This document shows positions 36,725-48,729 of a DNA stretch of 64,000 nucleotides, in pieces. Source of the DNA: Macrostomum hystrix (Eukaryota > Animalia > Platyhelminthes); contig CATNEN010000038.1 of NCBI GenBank assembly GCA_950097015.1, positions 62,001 to 126,000 of the forward strand. Direction: 5' to 3'. The position numbers and the translations under genes were made by a program. Within the stretch, counting starts at the first letter, position 1; every line of letters starts with the position of its first letter. The notes under the pieces were generated by a model. That model was given only the letters and a program-made list of their open reading frames with translations, searched no databases and had not been told where the DNA came from.

Positions 36725-37495
36725 ATCTAACAGGTGACAACCCAGTCTAACAGGTGACAACCCAGTCTAACAGGTGACAACCCAGTCTAACAGGTGACAA
36801 CCCAGTCTAGCAGGTGACAACCCAGTATACAGGTGACAACCCAGTATAACAGGTGACAACCCAGTATAACAGGTGACAACCCAGTATAACAGGTGACAAC
36901 CCAGTATAACAGGTGACAACCCAGTATAACAGGTGACAACCCAGTATAACAGGTGACAACCCAGTATAACAGGTGACAACCCAGTATAACAGGTGACAAC
37001 CCAGTCTAACAGGTGACAACCCAGTATAACAGGTGACAACCCAGTATAACAGGTGACAACTCTGTCTAACAGGTGACAACCCAGTATAACAGGTGACAAC
37101 TCTGTCTAACAGGTGACAACCCAGTCTAACAGGTGACAACCCAGAACAGGTGACAACCCAGAACAGGTGACAACCCAGAACAGGTGACAACCCAGAACAG
37201 GTGACAACCCAGAACAGGTGACAACCCAGAACAGGTGACAACCCAGTATAACAGGTGACAACCCAGTATAACAGGTGACAACCCAGTCTAACAGGTGACA
37301 ACCCAGTCTAACAGGTGACAACCCAGTCTAACAGGTGACAACCCAGTCTAACAGATGAGAACCCATTCTAACAGGTGACAACCTTGTCTAACAGGTGACA
37401 ACCTTGTCTAACAGGTGACAACCCAGTATAACAGGTGACAACTCTGTCTAACAGGTGACAACCCAGTATAACAGGTGACAACCCAGTATAACAGG
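36725..37495. repeat. Minisatellite, 20-bp unit (aacaggtgacaacccagtat; 17-bp deletion variant inside)
   Basis: About 39 copies. Confidence 0.96.
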
Positions 37496-38149
37496 CTTAC
37501 CAAAGAATGAGACTGTCTTAAGAAGATAACTTAAAATTCATTTAGGGCAAATAGAAAAAACCAAAGTCGGATCTGAAAGACAGCGCAGCATCATGATTTG
37601 TCGTATAAATGTCAATAATAAAAATTTCTCTTTGAAACTTTGTTTTCTTGTAAGGCAAAAGCTGAATAAATCAGTTTCAGCTGAAAATGTCAGAAAAACA
37701 GAGCAAAATCTATATGAAGCTGGCCCAAAGACAAGCTCCTGATAGTTCTCTGATAAATTAATCTGAAAAGAAAATCTAACGTAGCACCAAAAAAGCAACA
37801 AAAAAAACTGGCAAGAAACATTTATTTAATTCGCATTTCATGCTACTAACAACAGTGAGTAGCATGGTTGCGGTTCGCGTAAATAATCAACGAATGTTTG
37901 GTTGCTAAGCCACTGCGTGAGATAGAAACCAAAAGTCCCATTGAGCAAATTTAAAATAAAATAAAATAATTATACTGTTTAGAATTCTTAGATAATATTT
38001 GTATGCTAAAAACATAGTCAATAAAATCAGTGGTAACAAAAGTATTGAATAGGACAAAAGCTCAAAGTAAAACAAAAAAGTTTTTGTTTCAAAAGAATGT
38101 ATAGATATTAGACTGATAATCATGTCAAGGCAATGTTTAGCAGGTAGGC

Positions 38150-38415
38150 TCTATCTAACAGGTGAGCCCTATCTAACAGGTGAGCCCTATCTAACAGGTG
38201 AGCCCTATCTAACAGGTGAGCCCTATCTAACAGGTGAGCCCTATCTAACAGGTGAGCCCTATCTAACAGGTGAGCCCTATATAACAGGTGAGCCCTATCT
38301 AACAGGTGAGCCCTATCTAACAGGTGAGCCCTATCTAACAGGTGAGCCCTATCTAACAGGTGAGCCCTATATAACAGGTGAGCCCTATCTAACAGGTGAG
38401 CCCTATCTAACAGGT
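38150..38415. repeat. Minisatellite, 18-bp unit (tctaacaggtgagcccta)
   Basis: About 15 copies; the YLTGEP ORF is a by-product. Confidence 0.95.
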
Positions 38416-38572
38416 AAAATCTAGATCAATGAGTACTTAAAAACACTCAAAACCATGGTTATGAATGAATGAGTTAAAAAGTTATGGCAGGGAACATCAA
38501 ACAGGTGTTGCTGAATCGTCGATTAGAACCAAACCGACAAAAACCGAACCGCTTAATCGCTCATCATTTAAT

Positions 38573-41439
38573 TTACTCGATTTTCGCAGGCTTGGCTTCG
38601 GCTGATTCCTGCAATTCCGCCTCGTCATCGACGCCACCAGCTTCATTCAGCAGCAGGAAATTCTCCATGTAGCTGCGCGCCCTCTCGTGCTCTGCCCGGC
38701 CGGTGGCCACGTCCAGCAGCATCTCGGCGATGTCCTTGGCGACGGCGTGATGAGATGCGGAACCGCTTGACAAGATGCGATCGCCGATGTGTTCAGCAAG
38801 GAGCTCTAGGCTGCCGCACACGCGGCCGCAGGCGGTGCATCTGTGGGCAGGTTCATTGCGATTGGCTGGTAGACATAAGTTAGCACAGAAATGTACGTTC
38901 GGGACAGAGAGGTGGAGCCCAGCCAGTGAATGTACGTTCGTGGCAGAGAGGCGGAGACCAGCCAGTGAATGTACGTTCGGGCACAGAGGCGGAGACCAGC
39001 CAGTGAATGTACGTTCGGGCACAGAGGCGGAGACCAGCCAGTGAATGTACGTTCGGGCACAGAGGCGGAGACCAGCCAGTGAATGTACGTTCGGGCACAG
39101 AGGCGGAGACCAGCCAGTGAATGTACGTTCGGGCACAGAGGCAGGGAATTTATGTTTGGAGCAGAGAGGCTACCGAAAAGATTGGGAAAGGCAGAGGTCG
39201 ACTGGAATCAATTTCTCTCACCTGGCAGGCCGGCCAGCCGGTGCGAAAGCTGACCAACAAAGTCGATGACGCCGCTGGGATGCCTCCGCGGCTCCGGGTA
39301 GGTCGCCGGCCTCCTCCTCACAGGAGCCGAGGAACAGGGCGCGAAGCAAATGGTTGTGCATCGCTGAAAGGTAATGCCGACCGCTGAATCCGGCGCCGCA
39401 GAACTGGCAAACGACGTCAGCCGGGTTAGCGACGATGATGTTAGCGTCTGCGGCTGCGGTCGACAATAGGACGTCCGCCGCGGATGACACGGCAATAGGC
39501 GTGGTGGCTGAAGCCGAGTGCGACGTTGCTGCAGCTGACAAGCCATGGCTCGATGGCACTGACTGTCGCCAGACCTCGGCAGCCGCTGACAGGCCGTCGT
39601 GATTGTGACCAGTCACGTCGTATTGTGACCAGTCGATCAAGAAATCGGTCATCCTTTGCTGCCCAATGCAAAGGGAGCTTCCGCCGTTACGAGAGCTCCG
39701 AAGCTCCAGGCCGCCGGCGTCGCAGAAGAAGCCGACGCCGTTGATGCCGCCAATGCCGTCAATAAAGAACTGCTCGACTTCGTCAGTGCTGACACGGTCG
39801 GCGACGTAGTCGATCAGCAGCGACACGATGCGATGCATCAGGACAGTATGGGGCTGTTCTGGCAGATCTTCTCTGCTTTGGCAAAACAGAGAGGCGAGAA
39901 TGAGCAACCAGACGGATCTCACAGCTGTCAATTCATGCCTTTCAACACAATCCAGCTTACCTGTAGTGCTTAGCCAAATGATTGAAAAAGTAGCTGTAAA
40001 AAGAGCTGGGCGAGTGAAAGTGCAGCTGGCAGGCAGGGCACATCAGCACAGTGCGGCCAATGTTGTAGCGCTCGATGCGCGAGGACACGCTGTCTCCGAT
40101 CAGCTGGGAGACGTGCGAGCGCCTGTACTCGGCCAGTGCTGAGCGGGTGGTGCTCCCGGAGGTGGGCAGCCTGCTGCGTGGATCCACTGGAGCCTGTAGG
40201 CAGCAAAACACTCCCAGCAGATGTGCTGCCAGATTGTCCACTGTGGACTGGCAGATGCTGCACTGAAGCAGGCTGGATCGGTTGCGGAGCAGCACCCGCG
40301 TACGGGGCCGTTGCTGTTGCTGTCCTGAACTGACCAGCTGGTGTTTCAGGTCGATTCGACCAATAGGGGGCAGTGCAGCCGACGGTCTGGGGCAAAGTTT
40401 TTTCGCGTCCGAATTTTATATCCAGAGTGTTTCAACTCGTACAGTGTCTTAAAAGAGGCTGAGTACGTTCGTACACAACGGGCATGTACAGTGAATGCGC
40501 GTTAAGAAGGCTGGACAAAGAGCGGCCCGAGAATGTACTTTTAAGAGGGAGGGACAGAGCGGCCAGAGAATGTACTTTTAAGAGGGAGGGACAGAGCGGC
40601 CAGAGAAAGTAAGTACTTTTAATGTACGAACAGAGAATGAACGTTCAGAGGGATAGAGAGCCTCTAATGTTTATTGTGACCGAGTCCGAGTAACATTCGT
40701 TAGACAAACAATCTAGTTTGTGAATGAAAAAATCCTTTGATTTGCAGATTGTCAAGCTAACAGTGCATATCAACGACGTTTCAAAGGACATGATCGGCCC
40801 AGTGACTCACTCGCTACACAGCTGCAGCTTCTCTGACGCAGGCTGCAACTGCAGTATTGAAGGTGTCACGGCAGGCTCCGGCTTGACAGAAAAAGCAGGA
40901 GCAGCGGCAGCTGCGGCAGCAGCAGCAGCAGCAGCAGCAGCCGCTGTGCTTTTCAACTGCAGCCGTTCAATAGACGATTGGCATCTGTGACAAAAGAACT
41001 CCCTGGCCCTGTGGACCTGCAGCCGCCAGTCCACGCTCGGATCACTGACGGCGGTCATGAACACAACAAAATGGCCCAGCAGCTCAGCATGCAGCCGGTC
41101 AGACTTGGTGTCAATCACCAGGCTGGTCCTTTCGCACAGGTGGTGTGCAAATGGCACGAAGCCGGGAAAGTGCATGCAGCAGAGCCGGCAGTAAGGGATA
41201 GGGAAATCCGCAGGCATGGCCACGAAGAATGAGTCCCAGTGCATCTGCAGTGCGCGCATGTAGAAAGCCTGGCTCGAGCCGCGAGAAAACAAAGACTTGA
41301 GCAACTCCAACACGTGATCCTCCGGCTGGCAGAGTCGGCGAGAATCAGCGGGCAGCAGGGTGCTGCAGACGGGGCACAGCCTGGCGGGGTTGCCGCTGCT
41401 GTTCTTCCGCTTCCGGCTGAGGAAGCCTGGGGAAGGCAT
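38573..41439 (-). CDS. Uncharacterised ~657-aa protein with repeated atypical C2H2-like (CxxC...H) modules, 4 exons
   Basis: Predicted exons 41439-40811, 40386-39961, 39872-39222, 38840-38573, all GT-AG phase 2; total 1974 nt in frame. Motifs: CPVC, CRLC...HHL, CSIC...AAHL, CPAC...FNHLAKHY, CQFC...MHNHL, CTAC...LAEHI, and an NLS-like RKRK. Confidence 0.7.
38890..39142. repeat. Minisatellite, 38-bp unit (gaatgtacgttcgggcacagaggcggagaccagccagt), intronic
   Basis: About 6.5 copies. Confidence 0.93.
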
Positions 41440-41560
41440 AGCTGACAGCTGAGCAGGGCTTCTCAATGCTGAGAGATGAAGGGTCTGTCAAGTGGCTTCA
41501 GAGGCCTAGCTAAACTCTGCAAGGCTAATGAAAATGGTTTGATCGGGTCAGGTTTTAATC

Positions 41561-41591
<31 letters not shown>

Positions 41592-44500
41592 TAGGGTCCC
41601 GTTTTCTTAGGAACAATTTCCCGCGCAAATTTATTATTTTGTTTTATTTTACGAAACTTTTGTTTAAATGCACCAATTTGTTAAATCGCACCGAAAAATA
41701 AAATGATTTAATGAAGTCGCGGAGGTGAGGAGGAGGAGAAGTTTTTACTATAGATACACGAGCAAACTAAAGAGAAAAACTAACTCGGACAACCGCGGTT
41801 GAAAAAGGAGTTCAAAGTAAATGAAAGCTTGAATCTTGAAGTGTTCATATTGAAAGTTATTTGAGAAAGAGACATTGCGAAAGAAAAGCTGTACATCTAG
41901 ATCCATTGGTAAAGCCCAAAGACGGACTGAAGATTGAACTGAAGATTGAATTAAAGACGGATAAAGACTAATAAAGACGGATAAAGACGGATAAAGACGG
42001 ATAAAGATTGATATAAAGTACTTATAGCCTTATAGGAATAGAATAGTAAAATAGAAGTCGGCCATATTATAATGCTACTATATTGAATACATAAACGCTA
42101 CCAATTTGAATTGAAATAAGAAAGTACATAAAGTGAATAAAGTAAAGAAATCAATAAGATTGACATAAAGACAGTACTTGAATAAAGTGTATAAGAAAAG
42201 AGGCCTAGAACAACTTTGGTAACAGCAGTAGGATTAAATAAGCCCTACAACAACTTTGGTGACATTCAGTGGGATATTGAATATTATAAAATAAGCCCTA
42301 GCACATATATAGCAATAGGGGCCTACTAAAATTGTAGCGGATTTTACAGATCTTATAAAAAATTAAACATTTTTAGATAATTTACCCTAAATGACTCAAC
42401 CAATTAACTTTATTTTGGTTTTGTTGTACTGGTAAAAGTTCTGTGCATTTAAGTATTATTTAAGTAAAAAAAGATAATTAAGGAGAAATATTTTATTAAA
42501 AAGTAAAAAACATCTAAACAGTCATTCAACTGTGTAGCAGAATTTATCAGAATATTAAATTCAAATATTTATTGCTCAAAATAGTGCCAATAGTGCTTTG
42601 AATTCATTTTTTGTTTTAATTTAATAAATTTCATTCTTTTTGCTATTTTGATATTTTATTTACCATTGTATTACTTCATTATTATTGTTGCTGTATGTAT
42701 GATTCTGGTTGTTTTCCTTTAATTGTCTTATCCCTGACTAATGCCTTTTTAATTATTTTTTATTTGATAAAATGTAATTATTTGATTTAAAAAATAACTG
42801 AAAAGTACTTAGAGGTACAGTAAAACATGCGATTAGAGGCAATAGGCTGCAGCGAAATTTTTACTTACTAAAGGGGTGCGGTTAGTGCTGGTTAGTAGTT
42901 ACTACTAGAAGCAAGCATACCATTATTTTTGCTTAGCTATATTTGCCAACACAGCTTATGATTTTCGATCAAAAAGCCTTAGTTTAATTAAACTATGAAT
43001 AAACCAACAATATTTACACAATTGCTAATTAGAAACATAAAATCTTCTTTGTTTAGTAGTAGCTGTCTATAGCTGAAATATTTTAATATTGGCTAAATAA
43101 ATGAATAAATAAAATATTCAGTAACAACCCTTCAAAAACCAATTGTTTTGTACAAACCACTTCTGCAAATTCGTAACGAATTGAAAAGCTTTCATGGTAA
43201 ACATATTAATTACCGGTTTTCTTTATTGTCTCTGAATAACATTTCTATTTCCAGTCCTTTACGACACCGGTGCACAAAGGTGAAAGTTATGGATAATTGC
43301 ATGTACATGAAGTGAATTTGAAAGTTTGCTTGATGCTATGATGCGATGCAAGCGTTTTAACAAATTACCAGATTGTAATTAGATTGCTGACAGGTACGCT
43401 TAATCATATATTCTACCTCGGCTAGTTTTTATTGCAAAAAACCTCTAAATTGCTATGCATTATTAAATTGTGTGCAAGGCACCTAATTGTTCTCACCCTG
43501 ATCGATCAAGATTCTTGAGCTTTGAGTCATAAGTTAAGTGTTGAGCTCTAGAACGTTTAATATAGTACATGAGGTGTTGCTTTCGATCTTTAAGTTACAA
43601 AAGTTCACAGGACATAACAGATATGCAGCAGCTGAGTAGCCCAATTCGAAAACTTGGCTCCTGGCGTGGCTGTCATTCAATACGTGTAGGAACACTTTTT
43701 GCTTAGATCCGAATAAGTATTTCTTGCGCCTTTGAAACCGCCTCGTTTTTATTCTGTCGCAATAATTTCTATCTGAAGAGGATTCTAGCAGAAAGAGCGA
43801 CACTCTGCGAGACTGGAGAGCACTGCGAAGAAGACAATTGGCTGTTTTTATATTTTCGATCTATCTACCATGCGAAGCTTGGTGCTGCTTAATCTGGTTT
43901 TGTGGAACATATAAGCGCTTATATGCTTCTATATACACTGCAAGTAGGTGCGCTCACAAGCTGACGTGCTCAGACATAATATAAAATGTACATTGCGGCA
44001 ACAATAGTGAATTAAGAGACAGTGAACAGGTGAGTGAAGAGAAATAATTTAATTAAATGAGAGGGTAGCGGCTGGGCATCAGCGTCACCATAGGGACTGA
44101 GACGCCGTTTTTCTTGCACTCCGGGTTGGGGGGGGTTTTGCCAAACTATTTAGCTAATTTGTTAATTCAAACAATTTAGGCCAAATTAAGAATATTTAGC
44201 TATCATATTTTGAGCCATTAAATGTGCTAGTCTATAGTCTATATAGATTCAAGACACTATTATATAGTATATATATGTGAAAATAAGACTTTTATAAACG
44301 AAGCTATATAAAAACAACGGAGCTTAATGTTGGGCATGCTGTACTAAGATTAACGGATTTGAACTTGCTCCAGATCAAAAGCAATAATTGATTATGTGCT
44401 GAAAAATGACTTTTTCCTATCTCCGCAGTGTATTTTTTCCAGGAAATCGGCCTTCTAAAAATTTACACGATCTTTGAGTTTCCCGTCCTGTTATACTACA

Positions 44501-47500
44501 GTGGTCCTTGCTCTATCCAGCCACACTAGGAATCTTGAAAACGAACTACTTAGCTATCTAGTTTCGAGATTTCCATGAACTGTACGACGTGCACCGAGAG
44601 TAATACCCAGTCAAAAACCCTCAATGCGATACCATTGTTAAGCTATGCCACAATAAATTACACACGAAACTCCCACTTCTAGACAATGGGTAACAATTGC
44701 CTAGGAATTTATAACAGTCACGTGACACTTACTGCAATTGCTTCTTATTCCTTAAGTAGTTTGTAGTTTTCTGGGTCCAATTGTAGTCCGGTAGTTCTCC
44801 TTCTCCTTGTTCTGGTCGACCGTGAGGTTTCGAGTCTGTGTTTCTTGAGTCTTCTGTAGTCTTGTCTTCTTTTGTCTTCCTGGCAGCTGCTTGAGTTTGT
44901 CTGTTGGCCAATAAATGACGAGAGCGAATCAGATTACTTGTCGGTTTCCTCGAGCTCGGAATTCACAATAGAAACGTGCGCCCTAGTGAACAATTGAAAT
45001 CTCTCTTGTATATCTCTAATGAGGTCCTCCTGAAGGGCGTCTTCTTCGTTACCTCCGAAAGATAACGGATAACTCAAATCAAATCAATCAATAATCCTCT
45101 AGAAATGTATCCTAGCCTGTAGCCTTTCTCAAATGTATCGACGATATGTGGCTCTCGTAAACTTGTTCAGTACAACAACGATTGCTAGCAATAAATAACT
45201 CTGTCTAGTAAAGCGCTTACCACTTGTCTTTCCCTCAGGGATGAGTCCTCTTCTTTGTAAGCTGTTTTGAAGTCCGGTGGACCGCTCCGAGTCTGAATTT
45301 TCAGCTCGGATTTTCGCTTGTATTTATTGTAAAATTTTGGGGAAAAACCGGTTCTACTACCGGGTGTTTACTTAGGTCACACATATTTGTTTAGTGAGTC
45401 ATGATTGTGAGTTTTACCATATTTGGACTATTGTGTAAATACAGATGCAGAAACCGATGAGTCATAATTGTTTGTTTTACCATATTTGGAATTCAAGCAA
45501 ATACAGCTGTCGAGAACCGGTTCTCCGGTTTCATGTCACATGACTTTGTTTCTAAAAATAGCGCATGACTCATTCCTAAAAATAGATTAAACGCTCTATC
45601 TAAGGTTTCCTTGTGATATTACTTTAAGTAGAGCGTTTAAGCAAATGGAATATTTTACTACTCTCTACATGCTCACCTGCTCTGCTCTCTGCACTCGCTA
45701 AAATGATTTTTTATCCGTTGTGACGTTTTCTCACTTGCTTTTAACCTGTAACTCATCGTTTAAAAATATTTTTGCCACTGCCTTTTATAGTACTGTATGC
45801 AATCGTTATCCAAATACCTGCCTCGGTGAGAGCATTTTCTCTCCCTTCTCGCTACTCGCGCCTTCGCTGCCTCTTCCATCAAGAGGTGCTTTGCTTTGCG
45901 TCTTTTAGGGCTGTTGGTTGATTTGCTTGTCGACCGCATGCTTCATATCATTATCTCAGCTTTCGGTGTCAAACCATGGCCTTCACCTTGGTGGATCTTC
46001 TGGACCTTCAACGCCTGGCAACAGCAGGTCAGCACACACAATTCTTAACACCGAATCAAGTTAAAAAAGCAAAGTATCGTTGAAAAGTCATTGCATGGTG
46101 GCACGTGCAAAAAATTTTAGTTTTTCTACTGCAAAGTAGTCAAGAATAAATGTTTGCAAAGAAGTAAATTTAGTACGTGTAGTCACTGGGTCACGCTTCT
46201 CAAAGTCAAACAGATTTTTAAAAGCTCAATAAAAACACAGAGCTTTTTCTTACAAGATTAAAAAGCACACATTGTAGAAAAAGAATTTGTTAAAATATGG
46301 CACAGTTTAATGGCTTTGCCTTAAAGAGCTCAAAAGTGCAGAGGAACAATTGCTAGTTACAAATTACTTCTTGAAAGAGAGAAACTACAACGCTTAGTTT
46401 CTGCATGCCTAGTATCTTGTGTTATTAGTTGATTGCATTTTTGTCATAACTCAAAGTAAAAACGCAGATTGGCAATCGTTTTTGTTCGGATACGCATAGT
46501 GCTTGGGCGAACAAGTCTCAGACTGGGTTTAACAATATCCAAGTTTGCTTGCGGTAAGATTTTTAGCAAGCAGATTCCAAAAAAGTTATTGACATTGTTA
46601 GCAGCGATGGTCTGTACTGCGTAAACTTCCTATTCAAATGTCAATGTAAGAGTACCAAGCTACTACTTCGACAAGACGCACAGGGGTTAAAACAAAAATA
46701 TATATATATCTGAGTAGCCGGTTTGTTTGCGCTCAAACTAGCTGGTATACATCATACAATGAAAAATAGAAATCAAACGACAAGAGAAAAAAGTTTGATG
46801 CGATGAACAGGCGACATCACATTGCTCTACATATTGCTGCATTGTTTTATGACGCCCACATCATGCAATTCTACTTAGCAATGTGTAGTAGCACAAGCCA
46901 TACAGAGCCCATGATCATCAGTTCATGCTTTGCATTTTAAACTCCTGATAGCTAGGTATATTCTCTCAGTATCCCACCTGCACGCCAGGCATCGTTTGAG
47001 TCGCGGTCTTTTAAGCTTCTTAACAAAGCTACGCCAGAGTATTTTGGGGCCTTCTCATCGCTAATCGAAGTAGACGTGTACTAAAAGGCTGCTCCTAGGC
47101 TGAGCATGCCAAAGTAAAAGCTTGTTTCTAAAAATTTAGAATGCAAATTTTGCTAAGCTACAGGCTATCAGGTTAGCATTTCATCCCTTGGCGAAACCAA
47201 GGGGAAAATTTTTGCATTTCCATCGTTGGCAGTGTGCAGTTGGTAACAATGGCCACGATTCATTGGCTTTTAACTCCGTTTTTTAGTTTTTTTGCCAGTT
47301 TGACATTGTAATTTCATGCAGGCTAAAGTACTCGTATCTTTAATAGCAACTTTAAAGTGCAACTTTAAGTACATTTAGTTATTTGGCTTTTATGCCGCAA
47401 TTTAATTTTTCAGTTCGTTGGTATTCTAGTGTCCTATGTCTTGAAGTTCGTTGGTATTGTAGTGTCCTATGCCTTGTTGTTCGTTGGTATTGTAGTGTCC

Positions 47501-48729
47501 TTATGCCTCGTAGTTCGTTGGTATTGTAGTGTCCTATGCCTTGTAGTTCGTTGGTATTGTAGTGTCCTATGCTTTGTTGTTCGTTGGTATTGTAGTGTCC
47601 TTATGCCTCGTAGTTCGTTGGTATTGTAGTGTCCTATGCCTTGTAGTTCGTTGGTATTGTAGTGTCCTATGCCTTGAAGTTCGTTGGTATTGTAGTGTCA
47701 TTATGTCTCGTAGTTCGTTGGTATTGTAGTGTCCTTATGCCTTGTAGTTCGTTGGTATTGTATAGTGTCCTATGCCTTGTAGTTCGTTGGTATTGTAGTG
47801 TCCTATGCCTTGTTGTTCGTTGGTATTGTAGTGTCCTATGCCTTGTTGTTCGTTGGTATTGTAGTGTCATTATGTCTCGTAGTTCGTTGGTATTGTAGTG
47901 TCCTATGTCTTGTAGTTCGTTGGTATTGTAGTGTCCTTATGCCTTGTAGTTCGTTGGTATTGTAGTGTCCTATGCCTTGTTGTTCGTTGGTATTGTAGTG
48001 TCATTATGTCTCGTAGTTCGTTGGTATTGTAGTGTCATTATGTCTCGTAGTTCGTTGGTATTGTAGTGTCCTATGCCTTGTTGTTCGTTAATCGTTGGTA
48101 TTGTAGTGTCCTATGCCTTGTTGTTCGTTGGTATTGTAGTGTCCTATGCCTTGTTGTTCGTTGGTATTGTAGTGTCATTATGTCTCGTAGTTCGTTGGTA
48201 TTGTAGTGTCCTATGCCTTGTTGTTCGTTGGTATTGTAGTGTCATTATGTCTCGTAGTTCGTTGGTATTGTAGTGTCCTTATGCCTTGTAGTTCGTTGGT
48301 ATTGTATAGTGTCCTATGCCTTGTAGTTCGTTGGTATTGTAGTGTCCTATGCCTTGTTGTTCGTTGGTATTGTAGTGTCCTATGCCTTGTTGTTCGTTGG
48401 TATTGTAGTGTCATTATGTCTCGTAGTTCGTTGGTATTGTAGTGTCCTATGTCTTGTAGTTCGTTGGTATTGTAGTGTCCTATGCCTTGTTGTTCGTTGG
48501 TATTGTAGTGTCATTATGTCTCGTAGTTCGTTGGTATTGTAGTGTCATTATGTCTCGTAGTTCGTTGGTATTGTAGTGTCCTTATGCCTTGTTGTTCGTT
48601 GGTATTGTAGTGTCCTATGCCTTGTTGTTCGTTGGTATTGTAGTGTCATTATGTCTCGTAGTTCGTTGGTATTGTAGTGTCCTTATGCCTTGTAGTTCGT
48701 TGGTATTGTAGTGTCCTTATGCCTTGTAG

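Noticed and set aside
43534-43803. 89-aa minus-strand ORF
   Set aside because: Non-ATG start, AT-rich codons unlike the host exons, and no recognisable motif or splice context.
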